A stretch of DNA of 64,000 bases from an uncultured virus (IMG/VR IMGVR_UViG_3300012277_000001) (Duplodnaviria > Heunggongvirae > Uroviricota > Caudoviricetes). This document shows positions 48,774 to 57,200 of the stretch, piece by piece; the stretch's first letter is position 1; every line of letters begins with the position of its first letter. Under the pieces are notes generated by a model. It ran no database searches. It was not told the DNA's origin and saw nothing but the letters and a program-made list of their open reading frames with translations. A program made the position numbers and the translations under genes. The stretch lies in the IMG/VR virus record IMGVR_UViG_3300012277_000001, positions 62,001-126,000 of that record. One strand, 5' to 3'.

Positions 48774-49108
48774 TGAACTACCCTGATCCATTCAGGTTCT
48801 GCAATTTGAAAGGGCGTCGTGAGGAATGGCGCCCTTCGCTTGATTTGAATCATGCTGAATTGTGGGAACGTGTAGGAGGCGCCTGTGCCGTCTACATCCC
48901 GGCGTCGTATTGGCGCAGGCTGATCAAAAAAGGCAATCTGATCAGCCTAGCAAGTGACATGGTGATGATGGCCAGTGGCGAATGGCCCGTAGGAATTAAC
49001 AACGGAATTCACATTTACTCCGACGCATTCAACGGCAAACCCAGCCGTTTCGACCAACCGATAATTATTGTGCACAAAGCACCGAGTATTGCTCATGTCT
49101 CAAGTTAA
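48773..49108 (+). CDS. hypothetical protein, 111 aa (capsid A-domain-like family)
   Basis: TAATG coupling; VYIPASYW...VGINNGIHIYSDAF. Confidence 0.7.
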   Translation: MNYPDPFRFCNLKGRREEWRPSLDLNHAELWERVGGACAVYIPASYWRRLIKKGNLISLASDMVMMASGEWPVGINNGIHIYSDAFNGKPSRFDQPIIIVHKAPSIAHVSS

Positions 49109-49511
49109 AATTGCTCCAGAAATTCCAATGGCCGACGTATCGCTGGGCATGACCTTGCTGTGTAGCCCATCCGATGGTAAACGCGAAGTGCTGGACGAAA
49201 TTCGTGCCCAGCTTTTCAAGGAAACTCACGATACGGTTTTCGCCCGTGCTTTCCTGATCGCAGAACTCAATAACCGCAAGCTCTTCGGTCGCGATTCGAC
49301 CTACAACGAATTCCTGAAAGAGTACGACGGTCGCGATGCGTTGTTCCTGAGCCTGCCGGGCGATACCCCAGTTTGTGCCGCTATTTGCGGCGGTAACGTA
49401 TTGGCCCCAAGTGCCGAAATGTCACCCGAAAACAAACCAGACCAAAAGCTGTTCATTCTGACCGCAATGGGCATTGCCCGCGCCGAGTCGGACGGGGAGT
49501 CTGTGCACTAA
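49095..49511 (+). CDS. hypothetical protein, 138 aa
   Basis: ATG 49095; TAATG coupling downstream. Confidence 0.75.
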   Translation: MSQVKIAPEIPMADVSLGMTLLCSPSDGKREVLDEIRAQLFKETHDTVFARAFLIAELNNRKLFGRDSTYNEFLKEYDGRDALFLSLPGDTPVCAAICGGNVLAPSAEMSPENKPDQKLFILTAMGIARAESDGESVH

Positions 49512-49951
49512 TGGCCCCGCACGAATTCAAAATGCCGCTGGGCGTGCGCATCATCAGCGCATTTCCCGGCGTAGGCAAAAGCAAACTGACCGAAGGCAAT
49601 TACGCGTTTGTCGATCTGGATCGCCCCGATCTGAAAAATGATCTGCTGGAATACAAGCGCATGATCGACATGGCGCTGGCTATTCCCGGCGTTACGGTGC
49701 TGCTGCCTTCGTGGGATAACCTGCGCCAGATGCTACGCAACGAAGGCATGCCCTATGTGTTGTTTTATCCATCGCGAGATTTGAAGGTGGATTACAACAA
49801 ACGTTACGTGAATCGGGGTTCGCCTAAAGCGCTGGTAGATACGCTTTGGTGGAAGTGGGACGAATTCCAAGACAGCTGCGAAAATGACCCGACACCACAC
49901 CATGTCGAAATGAAGCAGTCGCAGGCTTTCCTGTCCGACTATTTCCTGTGA
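49511..49951 (+). CDS. P-loop kinase-like protein
   Basis: IISAFPGVGKS Walker A, FVDLD, lid-like RYVNRG. Confidence 0.75.
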   Translation: MAPHEFKMPLGVRIISAFPGVGKSKLTEGNYAFVDLDRPDLKNDLLEYKRMIDMALAIPGVTVLLPSWDNLRQMLRNEGMPYVLFYPSRDLKVDYNKRYVNRGSPKALVDTLWWKWDEFQDSCENDPTPHHVEMKQSQAFLSDYFL

Positions 49952-49961
49952 GAGAAAAACT

Positions 49962-50657
49962 GTGAATAAGAGCGTAGCCGATATCTTCAACTACTGGGAC
50001 TTGCCGCGTGACGGACGCACGCAGTTCCTTTACGACGACGAATATTCGAAAGCAGCGTTTCTGGATATGGCAAAGGATGCAGTCTATATCCTGATTCCGG
50101 GCTGCTATTCGGAAATCATCACCAAGTGGGCGGTCGAGGAACCGGCGTTCCAACTGGCACCCATGACCGAAGAAAACATGAAAGGCGGGTTCATCGGTAC
50201 GTGCAATTCGGTGGAAATGTTCACAGATGCATTCGCGCCAAAACATCTACGCTATCCGGTTGGCGTGCCTTGTGTATTTGGGCAATGGGGCGGTAAGTTT
50301 TCGGTACAACTGGAAACCGAGCGTTCACCGTATTACGCGGCAAAGCTCAACGCCGAAGGGTTTGCCATCATCCGCACCACGGGTTTCGACCCGGATCGTG
50401 TAGCCGAATACTACCCTGATCGCAAACCAGTTCGCATTCTGATTCCGCGTCGTTTTTACTCGGAATTTCTGGCTAACGTCAGTGCCGATGATTGGAGTCC
50501 GAAACGCGGACTGACCATCGAAGAGCAGTTCAATGGTTTGACCGGATGGTTCCGGGGTATTCCGGTGTTGACCGACGACTATCTCAATGATCGTATGGCC
50601 AACCCGAACGATTTGGTAGAATTCCACTTCCGTTCTTTGTACACCAAAGAGGACTGA
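49962..50657 (+). CDS. hypothetical protein with internal duplication, 231 aa (capsid A-domain-like family)
   Basis: ILIP..YSE...GFIGTCNSVEMFTDAF and ILIP..FYSE...GLTGWFRGIPVLTDDY. Confidence 0.8.
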   Translation: MNKSVADIFNYWDLPRDGRTQFLYDDEYSKAAFLDMAKDAVYILIPGCYSEIITKWAVEEPAFQLAPMTEENMKGGFIGTCNSVEMFTDAFAPKHLRYPVGVPCVFGQWGGKFSVQLETERSPYYAAKLNAEGFAIIRTTGFDPDRVAEYYPDRKPVRILIPRRFYSEFLANVSADDWSPKRGLTIEEQFNGLTGWFRGIPVLTDDYLNDRMANPNDLVEFHFRSLYTKED

Positions 50658-50660
50658 ACA

Positions 50661-50918
50661 ATGGGCCACAACTTCGACAAAATGCGTAAAGATTTTCTCA
50701 TGCATTACATCTTTTGTCCGGATGTAGTCGAGTTGTCAGCTGCCTACGAAGACGTGCTGCTGTCCCTCAATGTGTGGCCGAAAGGCAGCATGGAACAGCA
50801 GCGCCGAGGTCTGTTAAAACGTGAGCAATTCCGGCTAGGCAACACCACGATAAAAACCGGGTTTGCCCAAACCACAATTATTTCCCGTGGCGGCGACCGT
50901 CACACAATGGAGCAGTAG
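50661..50918 (+). CDS. hypothetical protein, 85 aa
   Basis: GAGGA SD. Confidence 0.7.
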   Translation: MGHNFDKMRKDFLMHYIFCPDVVELSAAYEDVLLSLNVWPKGSMEQQRRGLLKREQFRLGNTTIKTGFAQTTIISRGGDRHTMEQ

Positions 50919-50922
50919 AAAA

Positions 50923-51255
50923 ATGCCACAACAATACGCAATGCCGTGCCACATTTCCGACCGTCTCTATGAGCACACCAACGGTTGGACCAACTGCTAC
51001 AAACTTCCAAGCGAAGAACAGTTGGAATCCGATAACGGCATTCTGGCAATTCTGATCGACAGTGGTTCGCCGCTCTACAAAGAAATGCGCAACCACGTTT
51101 ATTTCGATGTGGAGTCCCGCGAGCCGGGTCACGTCGGTTACTACAAAACGATTCCGGTGTTCATCCCGAACCTTCCGTTCAAGTCCGGGGCGCCTATGCG
51201 TCTGATCACCAACATCAACCGCCAAGCCTACGATATCTTGAGGAAGTTTGTGTGA
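50923..51255 (+). CDS. hypothetical protein, 110 aa (capsid A-domain-like family)
   Basis: GGAG SD; ILIDS...GHVGYYKTIPVFIPNLP. Confidence 0.7.
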   Translation: MPQQYAMPCHISDRLYEHTNGWTNCYKLPSEEQLESDNGILAILIDSGSPLYKEMRNHVYFDVESREPGHVGYYKTIPVFIPNLPFKSGAPMRLITNINRQAYDILRKFV

Positions 51256-51581
51256 AAATTTATTTGGTTTGTGACACAACGAAACGTGCCCTTTCCATCG
51301 GCCATACTGATTGGCTGAAAGAAGGCCAGTCCGCTAACTGGCAGGCATCTGCAAACCAGACTGCCGAAATGCATTCGATCATTGAACAGTGTGCACCGCG
51401 CATGCCTGCGTCGAAAACCGCTTACACCGAAGAAATCAAAACTTTCTGCGGTGATAACGTGATGCGTTTCTTCACCGAAGATCAGCTGCCATCGGATTAC
51501 AAGCGTATCAGCAGCTACTGGGAAACTGCGTACGTCGCGGTCCCTAAGTCGAAACGTCGTAAGGTCGGGAGTGTTATTTAA
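51252..51581 (+). CDS. hypothetical protein, 109 aa
   Basis: GTGA overlap, GAGG SD. Confidence 0.75.
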   Translation: MKIYLVCDTTKRALSIGHTDWLKEGQSANWQASANQTAEMHSIIEQCAPRMPASKTAYTEEIKTFCGDNVMRFFTEDQLPSDYKRISSYWETAYVAVPKSKRRKVGSVI

Positions 51582-51901
51582 TGGACGATTTGGAACTGGA
51601 TTTCGACCGTGGGCAAGAACGCGAATCAGCGTTCCGCAACCCCAAGCAAGAAACCATCGACGCCACCAAGAATTTCCTGCGTACGTTCTGCGAATCCAAG
51701 CACTACGTCACCGAAGTTTTTGGTGGCGAAGCGGATCTGAATAAATTCCGCAAGTTGATTTCCAAAACGTTCAAAGAACCCAAGGCCACGCCAGCCGGTG
51801 TGCAGCGTGGTATGGTGCACGTTCGGGTCAAACGTCTGGCCACTCAACATGCGGGCGATATCTTCGTTGGGCAGTTCAATTCGTTGGAGTTGTTGAAATG
51901 A
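51581..51901 (+). CDS. hypothetical protein, 106 aa
   Basis: TAATG coupling, GGGAG SD. Confidence 0.75.
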   Translation: MDDLELDFDRGQERESAFRNPKQETIDATKNFLRTFCESKHYVTEVFGGEADLNKFRKLISKTFKEPKATPAGVQRGMVHVRVKRLATQHAGDIFVGQFNSLELLK

Positions 51902-52416
51902 AACTGGGGATTATTTTCGCGTGTGATGAAGACGGTGGGATTGGTAAAGACGGTAAAATGCCGTGGCACCTTCCGGGGGATTTGCAGCAGTTCAAAGACG
52001 CCACAATGGGTTGCCCTATCATCATGGGTCGCAAGACGTGGGAATCGTTCGGTGGGCGTATGCTGCCGGGCCGTCCGCACATCGTGGTTTCTTCGCGGCC
52101 CGGCGAAAGTTTCGTGGTGCCTACCAGTGACGCAGATTTTTATGTGGCCGAAACCTTTGAAGAAGCAAAAGCCACGGCAGAAGCGATCATCGAGGAACGT
52201 TCGCTCGATGGCTGGGCGTGGGTTATTGGTGGCGCCCGTTTGATTCTGGATGCGCAGTTGGCGGCGTCGAAAATCCGCGTGACTCACATTCGCGGCGTGT
52301 ACGAATGCGATGTAAAAGTGCACCCGAATTTCTTCATGCACATGATGGTCAACCGGCTGGAATTCAAAGAGGTCATGGACACTGAAGAATTCCGCGTCAC
52401 GGAGTATTTGATGTGA
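51898..52416 (+). CDS. folA: dihydrofolate reductase
   Basis: IGKDGKMPWHLPGDLQQFK, IIMGRKTWES, LPGR, VIGGA, CD motifs. Confidence 0.95.
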   Translation: MKLGIIFACDEDGGIGKDGKMPWHLPGDLQQFKDATMGCPIIMGRKTWESFGGRMLPGRPHIVVSSRPGESFVVPTSDADFYVAETFEEAKATAEAIIEERSLDGWAWVIGGARLILDAQLAASKIRVTHIRGVYECDVKVHPNFFMHMMVNRLEFKEVMDTEEFRVTEYLM

Positions 52417-52754
52417 AAAAGATCGACACGACGAAATGTATTTTCGCACTCGACGGTCGCAGCGTAGACAACATCGTCGAAGAGTTTCTGGTGACGCATG
52501 GGCGTTTCCCCAGCCTGAAAATGTACCTGTGTGATCGCCTCGACGACGCAACCGGTATTTCGCTGCTGGTTAAAGCCAAAAGCGAGGCTGCGGCAGACCA
52601 CATTTTCTTCCTGTCGAAAGATGAAATGCTGGCGTTTTCTGCAACCAGTGCTCATTACGAATTCCGTACCAACGATGTGTTTTTCTATTTGGGCGAAACT
52701 GACCAGCAGTCGATTGTGTACAGCTGCTGCGGCTCACTCGAAATCGGAGATTGA
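52413..52754 (+). CDS. hypothetical protein, 113 aa
   Basis: GTGA overlap with DHFR stop. Confidence 0.7.
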   Translation: MKKIDTTKCIFALDGRSVDNIVEEFLVTHGRFPSLKMYLCDRLDDATGISLLVKAKSEAAADHIFFLSKDEMLAFSATSAHYEFRTNDVFFYLGETDQQSIVYSCCGSLEIGD

Positions 52755-52758
52755 TTTA

Positions 52759-53055
52759 ATGCGCGTACTACCAACGCATCAGGTTTTGGACAAAGATGGC
52801 AACCTCACACTAACGTTTCTTGCGTTGTTGGAACGTCAGACTGTGACGTTTCGTGCAGAACCAGAAATTTCGCAGCGTATGCGTTTGCTCGGTCCCGAAG
52901 TGGATTGGTCGCGGCATATCTTTCTCGGCAACGAATTCGGGATTCCGAAACATGACGATGTAACACTGCACATGTTTATCCATGCAAAGGAAAACATGCG
53001 CGGCGTTGAATGCTACGTGCAGCTGGTTTGTGAAGGCACCGTGCGTATTAGCTAG
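52759..53055 (+). CDS. hypothetical protein, 98 aa
   Basis: GGAG SD, ATG 52759. Confidence 0.7.
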   Translation: MRVLPTHQVLDKDGNLTLTFLALLERQTVTFRAEPEISQRMRLLGPEVDWSRHIFLGNEFGIPKHDDVTLHMFIHAKENMRGVECYVQLVCEGTVRIS

Positions 53056-53059
53056 ACCC

Positions 53060-53092
53060 AAAGCCCCGTTAGCCCTATGGCGCGGGGCTTTT
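53060..53092 (+). terminator. intrinsic terminator
   Basis: AAAGCCCCG...CGGGGCTTTT after last gene of block. Confidence 0.8.
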
Positions 53093-53125
53093 GCGTTTCT
53101 GTAACTTCCGAAATTGCGTGACTGG

Positions 53126-53154
53126 TTGACATTCGGTTTGGGCCTTGTTACCTT
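53126..53154 (+). promoter_or_regulatory. sigma70-type (early) promoter
   Basis: Perfect TTGACA, 17-nt spacer, extended -10 TG-T-TACCTT, just after a terminator. Confidence 0.75.
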
Positions 53155-53200
53155 TGGCCCCCTATTCACATACACCAGCCACTCACTTAGGAACCTCCGA

Positions 53201-53542
53201 ATGGACCTGATCAAGGAACACGCATTCACCCCCGGCACCGCTACAGGCGGCGTAACCGTCATCAAGCAGATGCCGGGCGTTGGTGGCTGGATGGTCACGT
53301 TTGGCCACAAGCACGGTTCAACCCCCGATAGCCTTTCGTTGGACGTGTACCACGATATCGTGGGCAACGGTTACACAAGCTGGCCCTGTGCCAAAACGCT
53401 CAACCGTGAAACCCTGCTTTCGATCACGGTTGCGTTTGATCACTGGCTGGAAAACGTACCCGCTGAACACGTCAGCGCCGAACTGTTCCGCAACTTCGTT
53501 AAGTGCCGCGACATGTACCGCGACCAATTGAGGGCCATGTAA
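53201..53542 (+). CDS. hypothetical early protein, 113 aa (paralogue family)
   Basis: AGGA SD; FDHWLENVPAEHVSAELFRNF. Confidence 0.75.
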   Translation: MDLIKEHAFTPGTATGGVTVIKQMPGVGGWMVTFGHKHGSTPDSLSLDVYHDIVGNGYTSWPCAKTLNRETLLSITVAFDHWLENVPAEHVSAELFRNFVKCRDMYRDQLRAM

Positions 53543-53880
53543 TGGTTATGCACGCACCCCACATCAAGTTTCAGGTAGACGGCAGCGGCCTTGTTCGCAA
53601 TTCGATGGCGACGTGGGACGATCAGTTTTTGGCGGTCGAAGTGGAGCACCTGCGCGTTGCCAGCGACGGCCATTTGCGTCTGACTGTTTACTTCGACGAA
53701 GCACTGGCCCGTGGCGAAATCCCAACCACGACAATGCACCCCGAAGTGCTGGCGCTGGTCGTCAAAACCCTCGACGACTGGTTCGAACACTGCCCGCACA
53801 CTAGCGTGCCTAACAATCTGGTTAAGCACTACATCAAAGCCCGCGCCGCATTCCAAGGCGCATGGATGGAGCACCAGTAA
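53542..53880 (+). CDS. hypothetical early protein, 112 aa (paralogue family)
   Basis: TAATG coupling; LDDWFEHCPHTSVPNNLVKHY. Confidence 0.75.
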   Translation: MVMHAPHIKFQVDGSGLVRNSMATWDDQFLAVEVEHLRVASDGHLRLTVYFDEALARGEIPTTTMHPEVLALVVKTLDDWFEHCPHTSVPNNLVKHYIKARAAFQGAWMEHQ

Positions 53881-54152
53881 TGAACAACGCCAATTTCCCG
53901 CAAAACGGCCTATCGGTTGAATCAGCCGTCGTTATCAAGGCCGTTTACTGTGCCGAGTCTCATTCGGTGAAAGTGACCCTTAACGGCTCACCATTCGGCG
54001 TTGCCTCGACTCTCAGTCGCAGGCGTTACGCAGCAGAGGCTTTGGACGTGCTAGGCGAACTGGAATGCACGCTCATGCACCAGTACAACGCCGACCCCGA
54101 AGAAGTCGAACGCCTTATCAGCAAGGCCCGCAATAACGTTAACGCCGACTGA
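53880..54152 (+). CDS. hypothetical protein, 90 aa
   Basis: TAATG coupling, GGAG SD. Confidence 0.75.
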   Translation: MNNANFPQNGLSVESAVVIKAVYCAESHSVKVTLNGSPFGVASTLSRRRYAAEALDVLGELECTLMHQYNADPEEVERLISKARNNVNAD

Positions 54153-54156
54153 CAAG

Positions 54157-54176
54157 TTAGGCCCTTCGGGGCCTAA
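54157..54176 (+). other. perfect UUCG hairpin without U-tract
   Basis: TTAGGCCC-TTCG-GGGCCTAA between genes. Confidence 0.6.
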
Positions 54177-54205
54177 ACCCCACTCCCTTTATCAAGGCCC
54201 TTACC

Positions 54206-54643
54206 ATGAAAAAAGTCCTGTCGTTCCCATCCCCAACTAACCAACCGGTCGAACAGGCTGTAACGCGGGCGCTTTCCAACACCTGCGTTTTTGCGCCGGG
54301 CAAAGCATACATCGTCGAATGCTACGAAGAGCAGCGCTTTGTACTCGAATACACATTGGACATGGAACGCGAAGGGCCGAAAATGGACCTCGATCTGCAC
54401 ACGTTCATCGGTGAGATTGACGAAACCGGCACAGGTCAAACTAACGGCTATCGCTGGCCCACTGCCGCACAAACTACAAAAGAACAAGCAGACGCCATCA
54501 TCAAACTGTTGTCGCGCATCATCAATGAATGGCCATACGAAGACATTCCTGTAAAGCTGGTGCGGGCTTTAACCCGGTATGAAATCCAAATGAAGGTAGG
54601 GCAAATCGACCGTGTAATGGGCGTCCTGAAGACTGAAATCTAA
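54206..54643 (+). CDS. hypothetical protein, 145 aa (paralogue family)
   Basis: IINEWPYEDIPVKLVRALTRY resembles the two upstream proteins. Confidence 0.75.
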   Translation: MKKVLSFPSPTNQPVEQAVTRALSNTCVFAPGKAYIVECYEEQRFVLEYTLDMEREGPKMDLDLHTFIGEIDETGTGQTNGYRWPTAAQTTKEQADAIIKLLSRIINEWPYEDIPVKLVRALTRYEIQMKVGQIDRVMGVLKTEI

Positions 54644-54655
54644 CTGAATACAAAG

Positions 54656-54689
54656 AAGCCCCGTTTCCTTTTGGATTCGGGGCTTTTTT
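54656..54689 (+). terminator. intrinsic terminator
   Basis: AAGCCCCG-TTTCCTTTTGGATT-CGGGGCTTTTTT. Confidence 0.85.
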
Positions 54690-54898
54690 CGTTTCCGCCT
54701 GTTGGGCCATCCACTAACGCGCTGGTAGTCGGCTGCCCAGCCCCAGCGTATCGAGGGCCTGCACAGTACGCCCTAGCAGGCTGCACGGAGCGCGATCACA
54801 CTGCCACCCTAGTCACCCTACAGGCCCACCAGAGAACGCACTACAGAGGCCTCACAGGGCGTTCCTATCGGCCATGCGCGGCTAAGTCGGGCGCCAAA

Positions 54899-54937
54899 GA
54901 AAAAGCCCCCGAATCCAGAGTGGAAACGAGGGCCTTT
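54899..54937 (-). terminator. intrinsic terminator
   Basis: Minus strand GCCCTCG-TTTCCACTCTGGATT-CGGGGGC-TTTTC. Confidence 0.8.
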
Positions 54938-54940
54938 GTG

Positions 54941-55381
54941 TTACGCCTTGCCTGCTGCTTTCTTGGCTTTGCCTTGCAGTTTGATCGTACGCTCACGCGC
55001 TTTTTCCATTTCCTTTTTCGATTTGTCCATCAATTGAGTCAGATGGCGAACCGCTTCCTTATCGTCCCGCCCTTCCGCTTTCTTGAGCGCCATCTTGATC
55101 TTCACAAGTTTTTCCGTGTTCTGCTGCGCAAGTTTGGCCAGCAGCGATTTCGCTTTGGCTTTCCCTTCGCGGGTCATTACGCGGTTGTGCTTGGAATCTT
55201 TCACCTCTACCAATTTGTTACCGGCAGTACGGTGCGTGATGCGCCCAAGTTTACCCCAGCGACCGTAACCCATGGATTGCAAACCGAGCTTGCGTGCACG
55301 GGCCGCAACAGGGCTGATCTTGCCTTTCTTACCGCTGGTTTTGGTAGCTTTTTTGATACCTTTAGGTTTCTTGACGGCCAT
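54941..55381 (-). CDS. highly basic Lys-rich protein, 146 aa
   Basis: MAVKKPKGIKK...; GGAG SD; LGLQSMGYGRWGK core. Confidence 0.8.
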   Translation of the reverse strand: MAVKKPKGIKKATKTSGKKGKISPVAARARKLGLQSMGYGRWGKLGRITHRTAGNKLVEVKDSKHNRVMTREGKAKAKSLLAKLAQQNTEKLVKIKMALKKAEGRDDKEAVRHLTQLMDKSKKEMEKARERTIKLQGKAKKAAGKA

Positions 55382-55739
55382 ATGCGGCGTTCTCCAATTC
55401 ATCGGTGATGATGCGGAACAGCTTGAGGCTATCGGGCCGGTCCACGATGTAAAGTTTGCGCCGCAAAATTTCAGTGTGACGCTTTTGAATCACGTAGACT
55501 TCGATTTTCTGTTTGAAATCCACGTGAATGAAAAACTCGTTTTCATATTTGTACAGCTGGTAAGTGGCACGGTTGAACATGGTCCCGTTGAAGAAGAAAG
55601 CGCGTAGTTCGTACGGCACTTCCACCCGCATATAGTTGACGGTCCAGTCCGGCATGAAATCCTGAAGCATCTGCGCCAAATTGCTCATGGTGCTCAATTG
55701 CAGCGCATCGGGTTCTTGAAACTTCAGTTCAATTTCCAC
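55362..55739 (-). CDS. hypothetical protein, ~125 aa (start uncertain)
   Basis: GTG start (MEIELKFQEP) overlapping upstream stop. Confidence 0.65.
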   Translation of the reverse strand: MEIELKFQEPDALQLSTMSNLAQMLQDFMPDWTVNYMRVEVPYELRAFFFNGTMFNRATYQLYKYENEFFIHVDFKQKIEVYVIQKRHTEILRRKLYIVDRPDSLKLFRIITDELENAAYGRQET

Positions 55740-56286
55740 GATATTCAGTTCTCTTATCAGCAATTCGCTGATCGGACACGCGAATAGATTGACGCTTCTC
55801 CATGATTTGCTGGGTCAGCGCTTGGCGGCGAGCGGTCCACGTTTTCACCTTTGCGGGATCTTTCGGGCGCTTGCTGTTCAACTCGGCCAACCGCTTCTGC
55901 AATTTGCCTAGAGACTTGTTCTTTTTCTGTTTGAAATCTTGTGCCTTTTTCACATCACGGTGCAGAGCGTTGTCTGCCTTATGGCCCGCATGCTGCTGTT
56001 TTGAAGGTGGCGTAGATGCAACGGTCTGATAGTTGTTGGCCTCACGTGCACGGCGCGAACGTTCCAGACCTTTGCGCAGTTCGTTGCGGAACCAGTCTTC
56101 GGCAATTCCTTTTACACGCGGCTTAATCGCGGTATCCGGAACAGGATCAGTTTCTTCACGACCTTCGTGCAGTTGGTCAATGCGTTCAAAGAAATCACCA
56201 AAAGGATTGCCAAAAATCTCTTTGAAGTTCCGAGGCTTTACGGGCTTATCTTCACAAGCGAAGCCGTCAATTGTGATTTCGGTCAT
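55729..56286 (-). CDS. protein with acidic N-terminus and basic coiled-coil C-terminus, 185 aa
   Basis: ATGA overlap at 56286. Confidence 0.75.
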   Translation of the reverse strand: MTEITIDGFACEDKPVKPRNFKEIFGNPFGDFFERIDQLHEGREETDPVPDTAIKPRVKGIAEDWFRNELRKGLERSRRAREANNYQTVASTPPSKQQHAGHKADNALHRDVKKAQDFKQKKNKSLGKLQKRLAELNSKRPKDPAKVKTWTARRQALTQQIMEKRQSIRVSDQRIADKRTEYRGN

Positions 56287-56546
56287 CGCTGGCGCCCCCG
56301 TTCCCGACGTGAAAGCCAATTGGATTTCGACACGTGCATTTTGTCGATGTAGTCGTGCGGGAATGCCATGGCACCCTGCGCACTGGAACGGGTTTTATCA
56401 CGAAGCAACGTCTTTTTCTTTTGACGTGGCATCTTTTTGATCATTTTGTCGTCGTCTTCCCATTTCGTCAGGCGTTTGCCCGAGTGCTGTGGGTTCTCGA
56501 CGCCATCGGCCTGTTTGGCGCGGCCTTTAATTGTTAGTTTTGGCAT
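56283..56546 (-). CDS. small basic protein, 87 aa
   Basis: GAGGA SD. Confidence 0.75.
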   Translation of the reverse strand: MPKLTIKGRAKQADGVENPQHSGKRLTKWEDDDKMIKKMPRQKKKTLLRDKTRSSAQGAMAFPHDYIDKMHVSKSNWLSRRERGRQR

Positions 56547-56553
56547 GGTGTCC

Positions 56554-56775
56554 TCACGGGCAGCGAACCGTATCCTGAATGTCCATTTGCCGCTTCTCCG
56601 CGCCTTCCAAAGGCGTGTCGATCAGTCCGCTCTTCAGCCGAACTTTACGGCGTTTCTTTTTACCGGTGGCTTTGAGCGGTCGCCCATTTTTCACTTGGTC
56701 AAAACGTACATCAGGGATAGCGTCCCAGCGTTCGTCGGACCCAGCTTTGCCAGCCAAAGAAATCAGGAGTTCCAT
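56554..56775 (-). CDS. small basic leader-bearing protein, 73 aa
   Basis: TAATG coupling; starts MELLISLAG. Confidence 0.75.
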   Translation of the reverse strand: MELLISLAGKAGSDERWDAIPDVRFDQVKNGRPLKATGKKKRRKVRLKSGLIDTPLEGAEKRQMDIQDTVRCP

Positions 56776-57200
56776 TATTTGCCACTTCCGAAGTCAATGA
56801 AGTTCGGAGCGCGACGTGCAACCGACGACGCAATTGCGTAATCGGTGCCCCGCACTTTCATTACGCGAGATTCAAGGTTGAATGGTTCTACATCGTCCTC
56901 AAAAATCACGAATGCTTTTGCAGGGTTCGGAATATGCAGGAACTGGCCCATGGTCGGTATCGCATACACGAAGGTAACGCGCTGGTGATTGCGGTCCTCG
57001 ACCTGTACAACAACCGGCACATGATCTTTATCCATGTCGCGAACCTGTTTGATATCGGATTTCTTGCGATCTTCGAAATCAAAAACCTGTGGAAAAACGT
57101 TGGCAAACAAAGAGCTATACGACCGCTTGAGGATGGTGCGCACACCCTCCGCAATACGTGCGCTATTGTCCGTGGCAGCCAATGCAAGCATCAGTTCCAT
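56775..57200 (-). CDS. leader-bearing hypothetical protein, 141 aa
   Basis: GAGGA SD before ATG 57200; starts MELMLALAA. Confidence 0.8.
   Translation of the reverse strand: MELMLALAATDNSARIAEGVRTILKRSYSSLFANVFPQVFDFEDRKKSDIKQVRDMDKDHVPVVVQVEDRNHQRVTFVYAIPTMGQFLHIPNPAKAFVIFEDDVEPFNLESRVMKVRGTDYAIASSVARRAPNFIDFGSGK

Noticed and set aside
54671..55408. 245-aa plus-strand ORF across the spacer
   Set aside because: It starts inside one terminator, crosses another and is antisense to the basic-protein gene.
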